Assembly: GCA_964510065.1 (NCBI GenBank) | Contig: CAZEAC010000010.1 | Coordinates: 2,074-66,073 of the forward strand | DNA: 64,000 nt | Direction of reading: 5' to 3' | DNA from: an uncultured Bdellovibrionales bacterium | GTDB taxonomy: Bacteria > Bdellovibrionota_C > UBA2361 > CAIXSY01 | Shown here: piece after piece, positions 9,889 through 19,633 of the stretch | How the letters are laid out: every line of letters begins with the position of its first letter | Numbering within the stretch: position 1 is the first letter of the stretch | Made by a program: the position numbers and the translations under genes | The notes under the pieces: generated by a model | What the model saw: the letters and a program-made list of their open reading frames with translations, nothing else | Databases searched by the model: none | Told to the model about the DNA's origin: nothing

Positions 9889-10626
9889 CTATTTCTTTGC
9901 AAACGACTGCACCAGCTGATCAATCTCGGTGTTCCAGGCGATATCGATGGTTCCTTGATGTTCGCGTACAAGCCCTAGAGTAAGCGCCTTGTTGGCAATC
10001 GAGCGTCGCTGCGTCTCGTCAAAAGTGTCTAGCCAATCGTTGCCAAATTTCTCGAAGAATGTGGCGTAGCCCCAGATATCTTCGGCTTTGAGCGATTTTT
10101 CATCCCTTATCAGCGCGAAGGTATTATTGACCCAGGTGCCGTCCTCTTTAGTTCCTACAAAGTTCGGCGCGACCGATGCATCAACGAGCTCTTCGATATA
10201 TCGTCCCCTGGTAAGATTGATGCTGCCCTGAAGCTCCTCGGGAATAGCAACTCCAGACTCAAGCACCTTCTGCATCCGATCTCCCTCGGTTTTCCACTTG
10301 TCGGTGTTGAAAAGGCTGGTAAGTAAACGGGTCATGGGGTTGTATTTTGCGTCAAAGTCCCTGATCTTCTGCATGGTACCGCCCCACTGCTTGCTCGCCC
10401 AGCCGTAAAACATCGAGGCGAGGCCTCCAGTATAATAGTCTGCTACTGCGAGGCCAATTCGCTCCTGTGTGGCCTGTATTTTCTGTTCTTCATTAGCACG
10501 GCTGCTTGCTATCTTTGCTAGATCTTGTCCTGTTTGCAGCACAATCATCGCGGTATTTCCCTGTGAGCTCCCCGCGGACTCCGCAGCGGAATAGGGGTTG
10601 TTTGTTGCTCCCTGAATTGTAGTCAT
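9889..10626 (-). CDS. hypothetical protein (245 aa)
   Basis: Clean ORF with coding-like composition. No motif recognised. Confidence 0.45.
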   Translation of the reverse strand: MTTIQGATNNPYSAAESAGSSQGNTAMIVLQTGQDLAKIASSRANEEQKIQATQERIGLAVADYYTGGLASMFYGWASKQWGGTMQKIRDFDAKYNPMTRLLTSLFNTDKWKTEGDRMQKVLESGVAIPEELQGSINLTRGRYIEELVDASVAPNFVGTKEDGTWVNNTFALIRDEKSLKAEDIWGYATFFEKFGNDWLDTFDETQRRSIANKALTLGLVREHQGTIDIAWNTEIDQLVQSFAKK

Positions 10627-10670
10627 TGGCTCTCCTTATTATTGAGCGAGTAGTTCTACTTTCTGTTCGA

Positions 10671-10836
10671 GGAAAGCCGCGAGAAGTTGCGTGCTTATTT
10701 CGTAGAACGGGAACCGCGCCGGTGCCGCCGCTGATGCCCATGCCATTTCGCCATGCCATTTCGCTCAGAGAGCGCGCGTGAAAGTGAATTGGCCAATAAA
10801 ATAAGTATTGCGTGGTCCCTGAGGGAATAAGCAAGG
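10671..10836. repeat. ~150-bp repeat, copy 1 (arrangement B-A, with an internal 13-bp micro-duplication CATGCCATTTCGC x2)
   Basis: Segment B (CCGCGAGAAGTTGCGTGCTTATTTCGTAGAACGGGAACCGCGCCGGTGCCGCCGCTG) and segment A (CCCATGCCATTT.GCTCAGAGAGCGCGCG.GAAAGTGAATT..CCAATAAAAT.A.TATTGCG.GGTCCCTGAGGGAATAAGCAAGG) recur at 11866-12013 in the order A-B. Confidence 0.85.
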
Positions 10837-11002
10837 AATAAGCAGGGGGCGCGCATGTAGGGAGTGGTAACTCTAGGATATGGTTACTTGCTGTCACCCC
10901 TCAAAAAGCTCCCTGAGTGGGCCTTTCCCCTTACACAGCAGCAGTGATGTGCTCACTGCTTCGAGAAGGCCGTATAATTACGATAAAAGAAGAATGGTCC
11001 TC

Positions 11003-11617
11003 CTAACAGTCTTCGCAAGTTTCAAACTTTGCCTTTAGCCGAAGCGCTCGATTTCCCTGATAAAGCTCGGCCATATCACCGCGCTGAATCTTAGGAATTA
11101 TAGCGTTACGATTTCTGCCAACGGAAAGACACGCTCGATCTGATTCGGCCAGTAAGCTTCCATCGGGAACACCGAGCATGACCGTAGTATGAGCCCCTAG
11201 TCCGACCCTCAGGCGAGGCGGATTGGCATCGTGGTTATATCCATAGCTCCATTGGCTCTCGAACCGAGGCACAAAGCACTCGGCGAAAGTCTTACCTCGG
11301 CGGCTTAAGCGAATCTTAAGCTGAAGCGAGTGCGCCAGCCTCTCCGCCTCTGCGATTGAAGCACGCCCCTCATTAGACAACGGAGATCGGTCGAAAACCG
11401 CAATCAGATTTAGAAATCTATCTTTAATTGCGCGCGATGCGTGTAGCATCTCCGTATCCACATCGAAGTTAAATTGAAATCTCACATCATGAGGATCGCG
11501 ACTCGCAGTCACGGTGAGATAGTTGGTACCGCGCGAGCTATAGGCGTTTAAAGGGACGGCCTGCGCCTGCGGCACAACAATAATAAAAATAAGAAGAAGT
11601 ACCATCAATGCCCTCAT
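11003..11617 (-). CDS. secreted hypothetical protein (204 aa) bracketed by the ~150-bp direct repeats
   Basis: Signal peptide MRALMVLLLIFIIVVPQAQA. C-terminal CEDC. No recognised domain. Confidence 0.55.
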   Translation of the reverse strand: MRALMVLLLIFIIVVPQAQAVPLNAYSSRGTNYLTVTASRDPHDVRFQFNFDVDTEMLHASRAIKDRFLNLIAVFDRSPLSNEGRASIAEAERLAHSLQLKIRLSRRGKTFAECFVPRFESQWSYGYNHDANPPRLRVGLGAHTTVMLGVPDGSLLAESDRACLSVGRNRNAIIPKIQRGDMAELYQGNRALRLKAKFETCEDC

Positions 11618-11865
11618 GCATCCTCCAAAATTATCGATGACGATCGAACTCTTTATAGAGACAGCCTATCTAAGCTCACTGGGCGTTGCAAAATTATAAT
11701 GGTTACAATGTAATGGTGACAATCGAAATGACACTATTGTGGCTTAAATGTCAGAGAATGCCGCAAAAGAATAAAGAGCCTATCAAGTAACAATGTTGCG
11801 TATGTGCAGACCGGCGGTCGCCCGCAATGGAAGAAGTGAAATTAACCCGCGACAGCTTCCTCCGG

Positions 11866-12013
11866 CCCATGCCATTTGGCTCAGAGAGCGCGCGCGAAAG
11901 TGAATTCCCCAATAAAATCAATATTGCGCGGTCCCTGAGGGAATAAGCAAGGAAAACCGCGAGAAGTTGCGTGCTTATTTCGTAGCACGGGAACCGCGCC
12001 GGTGCCGCCGCTG
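11866..12013. repeat. ~150-bp repeat, copy 2 (arrangement A-B); overlaps the 3' end of the downstream metalloprotease gene
   Basis: About 90% identical to copy 1 but circularly permuted (A-B versus B-A), suggesting tandem-unit origin. Confidence 0.85.
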
Positions 12014-13330
12014 CGTCTCTGCTGCCGCTCCGTTCTCCAGCGGGTCGGCACATGCGGTATAGCGTTGCTCGATGCTGCGCCGATTGGCCATGACAAGCGT
12101 GGACTGAAATAGAAATAGAAGCACAATCGCACCTAACAATCCGAAGATATAAATGAATGAATTAGGCTTCGCTGGTCTTTCAAAGCCCGGTGTTACGCCG
12201 CTTGCCAGCATTCGATCGTAGAGCGAAGGGTGTGTTGCGAAGGACTTCCCGACATGTGCTGGAAAAAGATTGTCCTGGTAGAGCTTTTCAAGTGCACTCG
12301 CATAGCGTGCAGGATCTTCAGTCTTTGTCCCATTATCTGCCCGATTCTCAAGACGCTGGCTTATAAGTGCGCTAAGGCAACGTGTGAGTAAAATTGCCAG
12401 CACAAGCGCAGGAAAAAAATAGAGCGAAGCATTCTCAAAAGTTGCAAGGAGCGGCCAAAGCCCAAGAAAGCTCATATAGAGAAAGAGCGGAATAAAGCGA
12501 GTAAGCTGGGCGATGCGATTTTCAGTGAGGTGCGCCAACTCATGACGCATAATCTGCTCTAGCTCTTGATCGCTCAGTATTTCCATAGCTCGGCTGGTAG
12601 CGGCGACGATGCTCCGAGAGGGAAGCGCGAAGGCATTGGCAATCGGCGATCTCATTTCGAAAACTTTGAGTTTTTCGGAAAGTGAAAATTCTTGCGCAAG
12701 AGGTTTCACAATTGAACGGAGCCGTTCCGAAGGTGGGAGAATAAGCCCGTAGAGTTTGAATACAAAGAGAGTGCTTCCGAGTTTGGTAAGGACCACAAAC
12801 AGAACAAAGGCGAGGATAGTTGCGTACAAAGCACCCCATTCAAACTCCGCAAGAAGTGTGTAGAACTGGCTCATGATGAGGCAGATAATAATGAAGTGAG
12901 TAAGCGTAGCAAGATTACCTAGAAAAAATGTCTTGCGATCAATTGTATGAGTAAACGTTGCGCGGCTAAATCGATATGCCGGGAATAGCGCGCCTAGATA
13001 CGCAGAGATCGCAAAAAGATTAGTCTCAAGTGCAGAGGGAAGTGGCGCAAAGCCATGATACAATAAGTTCGAGACCATAAATGTTGAAACTAATAACACT
13101 GCAGTCACACTTCCAAGAAGACTGCGCCAAGGATAGAGTATCCGTGCTCGGTCATACCACGGGAGCTCCCGACCGCGTGCGAGCTTCCGTCGAGCGATTT
13201 CTGCGATTATTGAAGTGAGAAGAAAGGAAAAGAGCATTACGAGACCAAGTTCAAGGAAGGTCTGTAATACAGGTGGAAGTTCTGGCCACACCGGCACAAA
13301 GCGGGAATAGTGCGCTGACAATTTCGTCAT
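11975..13330 (-). CDS. integral-membrane zinc metalloprotease, M48 (HtpX/Ste24)-like
   Basis: Multiple N-terminal TM helices. HELAH (HExxH) zinc motif in MRHELAHLTENR. The last ~13 codons lie inside repeat copy 2. Confidence 0.6.
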   Translation of the reverse strand: MTKLSAHYSRFVPVWPELPPVLQTFLELGLVMLFSFLLTSIIAEIARRKLARGRELPWYDRARILYPWRSLLGSVTAVLLVSTFMVSNLLYHGFAPLPSALETNLFAISAYLGALFPAYRFSRATFTHTIDRKTFFLGNLATLTHFIIICLIMSQFYTLLAEFEWGALYATILAFVLFVVLTKLGSTLFVFKLYGLILPPSERLRSIVKPLAQEFSLSEKLKVFEMRSPIANAFALPSRSIVAATSRAMEILSDQELEQIMRHELAHLTENRIAQLTRFIPLFLYMSFLGLWPLLATFENASLYFFPALVLAILLTRCLSALISQRLENRADNGTKTEDPARYASALEKLYQDNLFPAHVGKSFATHPSLYDRMLASGVTPGFERPAKPNSFIYIFGLLGAIVLLFLFQSTLVMANRRSIEQRYTACADPLENGAAAETQRRHRRGSRATK

Positions 13331-13368
13331 GGTAGTTCTTGGACTATCGGCCGTCTGGAGAAATAAGA

Positions 13369-14499
13369 TTAGTCCAGCGCTTTAGCCTCGGTTTTATAGT
13401 GTATAATCGGCGCCCCAGAAAATTGGAACTTCTGCTTAAAGCTCTGCCACTCCGTTTGGCTGCTTGCCAACGCTATCGTTATTGAAGGGGAAAATATCTC
13501 TAAAGTGGTATCTGGGTTTGAGCAGTGACGGATCTCGTCTTTCTTATGGTAGCTATCGACTTCGCGAATGCTAATCTTGCGCACGAATTGGGCGTCTACC
13601 TGGATTTGTTTAGGCGGTTTTTGTTTGAAACGGCCTGTGAGTCTTGACCACAGACTTGGCGGGGAATGCGGCGGTTCTGTGTAGCCGTTTCGGATCTTGA
13701 GAGCGATTACTTCGTAGCAGTTCTCGGTAAAGTCTCCGAGAAATTCTGCGGTGCTATTTTTATAATTTCGACTCTTGCTGGTTCCCGAGCGGAGCTCCCA
13801 ACGCCCGACGCCAATACAGCTGTCCAGAAAAGCCGCCAGCTCTTTTTTGAAATATTCGCTTTCCTTGAGCGTCGCCTCGGCTTCGAGTTCCTTTGTGATT
13901 CTTCCCGAATTAATTGCACCGAGTGCTTGCGCCGCTTTACGCTGCTGGTCAATTGTCGAACAGCGCATCGAGATTTCGCGTTTTGCAGCTTCGACCATGG
14001 TCGGCAGTGGAATTCCTAACAGCTGGGCATATTCAAGAAGACTTGCGGCAACAAAGGCGCTTGATGGCTTGGCAGCGTCTGTAGTGGTACCTTGCTCAAG
14101 CCTGGCCAATGGGCCCTCTTTATGCTTCAGCGTTTCAAACAAATTCTTTGCGTGTGCTATCTGCGCCGACTCTATAGCTTTCATGAGGAAGTCAGGAGGA
14201 AGGTTTGCTTTGTAGAGCGCAAATTGAAGCTGCTCCGTCGCTTCTTTGTATCCGGCAATTTCTGCAAGGGGAGGGCTAGCAGAAGCGCTGTGAGAAGCAA
14301 CCGGACCGGTTGCATGAGGGGGAAGCTCACGAATCGTTCCAGGTGAAGTCCGTTTAGGTGCAAGGCTAATTCGCACCGTTTCCTTTTTTGAGGTAGTTGC
14401 CGGAGCAGTTGGTAGTGGAGGAAGGCGAATCGTAGGTGTGTTGGTTGGCTTTGGCGGCAGACTTATACGTACTACTTCCTTTTTTGGCATTGGCTCCAT
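13369..14499 (-). CDS. hypothetical protein with a Pro-rich N-terminus carrying a duplicated motif (KKEVVRISLPPKPT / KKETVRISLAPKRT)
   Basis: ORF and internal duplication read directly. No domain recognised. Confidence 0.45.
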   Translation of the reverse strand: MEPMPKKEVVRISLPPKPTNTPTIRLPPLPTAPATTSKKETVRISLAPKRTSPGTIRELPPHATGPVASHSASASPPLAEIAGYKEATEQLQFALYKANLPPDFLMKAIESAQIAHAKNLFETLKHKEGPLARLEQGTTTDAAKPSSAFVAASLLEYAQLLGIPLPTMVEAAKREISMRCSTIDQQRKAAQALGAINSGRITKELEAEATLKESEYFKKELAAFLDSCIGVGRWELRSGTSKSRNYKNSTAEFLGDFTENCYEVIALKIRNGYTEPPHSPPSLWSRLTGRFKQKPPKQIQVDAQFVRKISIREVDSYHKKDEIRHCSNPDTTLEIFSPSITIALASSQTEWQSFKQKFQFSGAPIIHYKTEAKALD

Positions 14500-14543
14500 G
14501 GTGAGGTTAAGCCGTGGACCAGCTGCTTTGTCAGAAGTGTAGC

Positions 14544-16067
14544 TTACAGTTTTAGTAATAGTGCAACGCTGTCTTTGTAAATGATTGCGGGCGACGATTC
14601 AGGAATTGTTCTTTCTACGCCTTTACCACGCGGAAAGAGCACATACATTGCACCGTGAGCGCGCGCCACCTGGCTCCAGTCCAAAGTTCCTTCTTGGACT
14701 TTAAGATACTCGCGATACATCTCTTCACCGAGAAGAACGTTTCTGTCGTCCAGCACCGCCTTAATTTTGCCACCGCCAAAAAAGGTAATAAAGCCGCCCC
14801 AGTTTGGAGTTCCGTATACTACGGCATGCTCGCCTATAGGGAGTTTTTGAAGCGCAAGAAAAGGGAACTTTTTAGACGATGGGCCAAACTCGCCTTCGTA
14901 GAGCGGAATCTTTTTACAGCAAATGGGAACAGCAAGAATTATGAAGCTTACTAACCCGAGTGGTGCGAGAAACGCAAAAGAAAGTTTATCTTTAAAGTTC
15001 TTAGTTTGCTCTAGTGCTTGTCCGAAGAGTTTTCCGCCGCGTTCAATTAGGACCTGCAACGAATCCGCAAGCACGGGAAGGGCAACGATACTGAAATAGG
15101 GCAGCATCCGTGCCGAGCTAAGCGCATAGTGCCCAAATACAAGCAGGAGCGCCAAGTCGAAGGAATTCCAAGATGCGAACTTTTTAGTCTTAAGATACCC
15201 GGCAAGTAGAATCAGAAAAATCGTCGACTCGAAAAGCAGCCCTTCGATATGCTTAAAGCTTAGTGCCTTCCACTCGGAGTTAAGGTTCATAAAGAAATCA
15301 CTCTGGCCAAGTGCGACAATACTGTCATGAAGGTCTAGGCCGTAAGGATTGCCAAGGGTTGCCACTCCACAAAGAAGGGTGAGCAGTGCGGCTTTGGCAC
15401 TAAGTATCGATTGAAACTCATAGCCAAGCACAAACTTGTCAAAGACAAGCGAAGCACTTAAGACGATAAGAAGGAGAAGCCCAACAACAAACGAAGGGTG
15501 CAGGTTCGCCCATACGATAAATATAACAGGAAGATATAAAAAGCAGCGGTTGAGTAACATCTCCGCTGCGCGCGGCTCTTTCCCCCGATTAAAGAGCGCA
15601 TGAAAACGGGCTACGAGCCAGAAAGTAAGAGCGAAAAGGAAGTTTCCGATAAGTACCGGACGTAACGTGAAATGAACTAAGCCCATGCCAAAAGAGAGTA
15701 GTAGCGCGAGGGAGCATGCCATTACAGAGTTTCCGCGGCCGGAGCAGAGTAATTGACCGACCATATAATAAGTAAAAATAAATAGCACGCTTAACGCTGC
15801 ATAAAGAAACGGCCAACCTCCGACGCTGTATACTTTCCAGAGCAAGAGATCGCTGCCCCACTGATCTGAGATCCAGGGGCGTACTTTTTGGGAGTGCAGA
15901 AATGGATCGCTATGAGGGATCGTTCCCGACTCGGCAATGTAGTGGCCGGTAGCAAGATGCCAGCCCACGCCGGGGTCATCGGCAAAATCGCCGAGATTAT
16001 CGCCTAGTAACCAACAACAAGCGAGCAGCAGCGAGAGGACATAGCAAGATAGCGAGCGCGTAGACAT
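14544..16067 (-). CDS. polytopic membrane protein (more than 10 TM helices; possibly GT-C/YfhO-like glycosyltransferase-type) - function unknown
   Basis: Many hydrophobic helices. Start chosen at MSTRS to avoid overlap with the upstream GntR gene (the ORF track gives 14544-16190). Confidence 0.45.
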   Translation of the reverse strand: MSTRSLSCYVLSLLLACCWLLGDNLGDFADDPGVGWHLATGHYIAESGTIPHSDPFLHSQKVRPWISDQWGSDLLLWKVYSVGGWPFLYAALSVLFIFTYYMVGQLLCSGRGNSVMACSLALLLSFGMGLVHFTLRPVLIGNFLFALTFWLVARFHALFNRGKEPRAAEMLLNRCFLYLPVIFIVWANLHPSFVVGLLLLIVLSASLVFDKFVLGYEFQSILSAKAALLTLLCGVATLGNPYGLDLHDSIVALGQSDFFMNLNSEWKALSFKHIEGLLFESTIFLILLAGYLKTKKFASWNSFDLALLLVFGHYALSSARMLPYFSIVALPVLADSLQVLIERGGKLFGQALEQTKNFKDKLSFAFLAPLGLVSFIILAVPICCKKIPLYEGEFGPSSKKFPFLALQKLPIGEHAVVYGTPNWGGFITFFGGGKIKAVLDDRNVLLGEEMYREYLKVQEGTLDWSQVARAHGAMYVLFPRGKGVERTIPESSPAIIYKDSVALLLKL

Positions 16068-16089
16068 TCGGTTTGTTTTTAGCGAAATT

Positions 16090-16755
16090 TTAGTCCCCAT
16101 TTTCACGAGCAAGAAAGGCGTGCATTCCGTAACGCCAGTTCTCTTTAAGAGCTCGCGTGGCGCGATCTTTTGCGCCCTTACGAAGTGCACTCAAGATTTC
16201 CTTATGCTGCTGATACGACGCTTGTACTAGACCTTCTTCTGCCATGTAGCGTGCTTCGTAGCGCGCGAGTTTTAGCTGAAGAGATTCAAGCAGGTCGTTC
16301 AAAGTCTCGTTCGTGGCCGACCCAAGCAGAACTGAGTGAAATTGGCGATCGAGTGCTCGCGCTTTCTCCGGATTCTTACGAGCACGTAAAAACTGCTCAT
16401 TGATATCGGTAAGTTTGTCGCTGAGAGTCCGTGCACGTTCGAAACAAAGCTCAAGGCGAAGCGCTTCTAATTCACCGACAATTGGATACAACTCTTCGGC
16501 CTCAGTCCGCGAAAGTGGAGCTACCGAAAATCCGATGTTTGGCTTTGCAAGCACTATGCCGTCTCGCTCAAGTGCAATAAGAGCTTCTCGAAGTGGCGTC
16601 CGGCTTACACGGAGCCGCTTGGCAAGCTGCTCCTCTTTTAGTCTTTTGCCTGATTCAAGCTGTCCGGAAATTACAAGATGAAGCAGCTTGCGACGGAGAA
16701 TTTCTCTGTTGGTACCTTCGCCGCGCGGCTGAGTCTTGCTGATCTTGTCCATGGT
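16090..16755 (-). CDS. GntR-family transcriptional regulator (FadR/FCD-type C-terminal domain)
   Basis: N-terminal wHTH KRLRVSRTPLREALIALERDGIV is typical of GntR. C-terminal helical FCD-like domain. Start at MDKISK (the ORF track extends to 16848). Confidence 0.75.
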   Translation of the reverse strand, partial: TMDKISKTQPRGEGTNREILRRKLLHLVISGQLESGKRLKEEQLAKRLRVSRTPLREALIALERDGIVLAKPNIGFSVAPLSRTEAEELYPIVGELEALRLELCFERARTLSDKLTDINEQFLRARKNPEKARALDRQFHSVLLGSATNETLNDLLESLQLKLARYEARYMAEEGLVQASYQQHKEILSALRKGAKDRATRALKENWRYGMHAFLARENGD

Positions 16756-16972
16756 ATGACTTTTCTGAATGATAATGCAATTTTGCGGCGATGCAAAGTG
16801 AGGACGCAGTGCGGCCACGCCGCAACAATAATATCGAAAGGGCTCCATTCCGGCACGCGCGAGGCAGGGCGCGTGCCTGGCCGGCTAAGCCTCGTAGCAT
16901 GGGAGAAGCAATTCGCTTGGCGCGCTTTCAAAAAAGTAAAAAAATATTGCTGTAAGTTTATACCCTATCGCT

Positions 16973-19366
16973 TTAGTTTAGCACACGTAACCCACTTGGC
17001 ATGCCCGGCTGTCCGACGTCAACAGTTTCGGCAAGTGTCGAGTAGGCCATGTTTCCTAGCGACAAGGTAAGCCCGTGCGAACTTATAGCGTACTCATCGA
17101 CGAGGAGGGGACGATCGGAGTATGTCGCCTGCAGCGAGCCGCCGAACGCAGTGACTGAACAGCCCCATGGTCGAAATATAATTTGCAGAGGAAAGTCTTT
17201 GTCGTAGATATCAAGAAACTTTGGCCCCAAGTCGCCGTATATCTCTTTCGCGTAGACCATTTTCCCGTTCACATATTGGGTAAACACGATACCCCATGGG
17301 AATTCCTTGAGTCCGTTAATCTGCTTATAGCGAAAGCGTGAGTCAAAATTACGGTACGTTCTTGCCTCGATCTGATAATAGTTATTGGGGTCCTGTCCAA
17401 GGGTAACTATAATACTTGCATCTTCGCCTACGGTTTTTGTCGCGCGTAAAGTTGCGCTAAACTTCCCGCTGCTACTCACAGGAAGCGCCCCTGAAAGCGC
17501 TCCATTGAGTGCGAGTTGAGTAATGCTGGTACTAACGGTAGCTGGGGTGGTATGTGTCTGACGTGTGCTTTTGTCGGTACAGCTAATTTTATAGTAGTAG
17601 GTCTGAGACGCTTGCAAATTAGGCAGCGCATGACGGTGATTCGTCTCGTATGCGCTCGATGTTACTTGATTGCCGTATGCTGTCGTCGGTCCGTACTCTA
17701 CTCGAGAGGCGCATGGAGTTGACGATGTCCAGCTCACTTCGACGGAATTTGAGCTGCCCAAAGATACCGCAATGTTGCTTAACTCCGGTGCCTGATTATT
17801 TGGAGTTAAAGAAATAATTCGTACGTTATCTGTTCCCGCCAAGACGCCCACATTCTCTAGTGAGGAGGTAAGATAGTTAGAACGTGAAGCGCTTATTCTG
17901 TATGAGCCCTGTGCTACATAATCAAAAATGTACCTGCCATGTAGATCGGTGACTGCTTTAAACTGCAATGGATTGCCATCTATCGCGGTGTTTCGTGAAG
18001 CGCTGTATGAAGCGAGTGTGACCTCTGTTCCTGGCAGTACCGTTTGATCGACATCTCGCACCGTTCCGCTGACAGTGCCTACGACAGCATCTCGGTTGAG
18101 AGCCGTGGCAATGGTCTTGGCAATATCCCAGCCTAACCGTTGCATGCTGCTTCGAGTATAGTCGAAAGGTACGAGGCCGGCGTCTGTGACAAGATTGACG
18201 CCGTTCCAGCCATCTTCGTCGGTTATTTCAAAGAATCGATAGTCCCAACCGCTGCCAAGAGAGTAATCATTCCAAAGCTCCACGTTTTTCACCATAATCG
18301 GCAGTGTGTAGTAATCACCCGTATGCTTAAGACCTGAGATAGCGTCCATTATGCCGGCATGTTTATGCGCCCATAAGCTATCGCGCATTGATCGGTAGCC
18401 ATAGCGCCCCGCAGCACCTGAGTGACACTCATAGCTGTAGTAAAGTGGTCCCTTATTATGAATCCACTGGTAGGCATATTGAAAAATTCCAAAATTTTCA
18501 GGGCAGGATTGATTTAATTTGGGCGGATCGAATTCTCCCTGCCCGCAGTTTTCAAGATCGGTCCCAAGCGAGTTCAACGCAGAGAGACCATAAAAAGCCG
18601 AGTCAACATTCACCAGGGGAGCAATAATCCAAGTGAAATTTTTTCGAAGGCTGTCTGCTAAGGAATCGTTTGAGAGGAGATTTCTTATGAGTCCTTCGGC
18701 CTGGTGTGGACAGGTTTGCTCGGTCGAATAGTGTGGACCAAAACGTAAATAGACCGGCTTCTTGTTTGCTTCTGGAACCGAGCTGTCGGTTATAATTATT
18801 ACTTTTACCGGCAATCCGTTTGGTTGTGTGGCGGTGCCAGGGGAGTACCCTACAATTCCGTCTTGGACAAGCGGATTCACGTGTGCAGCAAGTTTAAAAT
18901 AGGGGTTCCCCGAAAACTCATTGATCATCTGATCTATGTACGAAAAGGGCATGGGAATCCGGCTGACAATATGTGCGGTATTTTGTTCAATCGTGAAACT
19001 AAAGTTGGCGTAGGTACCAAATGCGCCGTCGAGAGTGACAAGTTTCGGTTTCTCGATTGAATTTGGCTGCATGTAATTATAAATCACGTATGCATTCACA
19101 TGCGTACTAAAGTCGTCAGCTGAGGTCGTGCTATTAATATTAACTCTAAAATTAAGCGTTCGTCCCTGAGCGCCTTCGACGACACAGTGAAAGTAGCTGT
19201 TGGCCGTTCCGTTCGGGAATGGTTTGGTAGTGAAGGTCACATTGTCGCCACTGATCACGACATTTTCACAGCTCGCGCCTTCGAAGTCTCCGCGCAAAGT
19301 ATAGGCGTCGGCCTGTTGCGCGCAGATAATTCCAAGCACGATTAAAAATGTTATTAAAGCCCTCAT
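16973..19366 (-). CDS. large secreted multidomain protein with a carboxypeptidase-regulatory-like (CarbopepD_reg) beta-sandwich and a fibronectin-III-like domain; possible M14-like N-terminal region
   Basis: Signal peptide MRALITFLIVLGIICAQQADA. GTVRDVDQTVLPGTEVTL...DLHGRYIF...GSYRISASRSNY resembles CarbopepD_reg. SWTSSTPCASRVEYGPTTAYG...QTYYYKISCTD resembles an FN3/PKD-like domain. Confidence 0.5.
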   Translation of the reverse strand: MRALITFLIVLGIICAQQADAYTLRGDFEGASCENVVISGDNVTFTTKPFPNGTANSYFHCVVEGAQGRTLNFRVNINSTTSADDFSTHVNAYVIYNYMQPNSIEKPKLVTLDGAFGTYANFSFTIEQNTAHIVSRIPMPFSYIDQMINEFSGNPYFKLAAHVNPLVQDGIVGYSPGTATQPNGLPVKVIIITDSSVPEANKKPVYLRFGPHYSTEQTCPHQAEGLIRNLLSNDSLADSLRKNFTWIIAPLVNVDSAFYGLSALNSLGTDLENCGQGEFDPPKLNQSCPENFGIFQYAYQWIHNKGPLYYSYECHSGAAGRYGYRSMRDSLWAHKHAGIMDAISGLKHTGDYYTLPIMVKNVELWNDYSLGSGWDYRFFEITDEDGWNGVNLVTDAGLVPFDYTRSSMQRLGWDIAKTIATALNRDAVVGTVSGTVRDVDQTVLPGTEVTLASYSASRNTAIDGNPLQFKAVTDLHGRYIFDYVAQGSYRISASRSNYLTSSLENVGVLAGTDNVRIISLTPNNQAPELSNIAVSLGSSNSVEVSWTSSTPCASRVEYGPTTAYGNQVTSSAYETNHRHALPNLQASQTYYYKISCTDKSTRQTHTTPATVSTSITQLALNGALSGALPVSSSGKFSATLRATKTVGEDASIIVTLGQDPNNYYQIEARTYRNFDSRFRYKQINGLKEFPWGIVFTQYVNGKMVYAKEIYGDLGPKFLDIYDKDFPLQIIFRPWGCSVTAFGGSLQATYSDRPLLVDEYAISSHGLTLSLGNMAYSTLAETVDVGQPGMPSGLRVLN

Positions 19367-19448
19367 GTAGTCGATCTCCGGTATTGATATTTGCAAGGCG
19401 CCATATGTTGGCTCATAGCGCTGTATACTGTTAGCAGGTAATGTATAC

Positions 19449-19633
19449 TAAGGAACCTCTGAAAAACTATGCATTTCGTCTTCGCTGGCCTTTCGGCGAT
19501 CTTTGCGAGAAAACATGCCGGGAAAATACTCGAAATAGCCCTGCTATTCCTGCGTTTTTCCCGGCATGTTTTCTCGCAAATCTCATCCAAAATTCCAGCA
19601 AATCCAAAACGCCTAGTTTTTCAGAGGTTCCCT
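19449..19633. repeat. nested inverted-repeat element: perfect 25-bp inner IR (TTTGCGAGAAAACATGCCGGGAAAA / TTTTCCCGGCATGTTTTCTCGCAAA, 29-nt spacer) inside a 20-bp outer IR (TAAGGAACCTCTGAAAAACT / AGTTTTTCAGAGGTTCCCTA)
   Basis: Read directly. Lies in the divergent intergenic region between the 807-aa secreted protein gene and cpaB. Confidence 0.8.

Noticed and set aside
10493-10897. 134-aa minus ORF, and the similar 83-aa ORF at 11881-12132
   Set aside because: Both are read through the ~150-bp repeat copies. They share the repeat-derived peptide GTGAVPVLRNKHATSRGFP, an artefact of translating the repeat rather than a gene.
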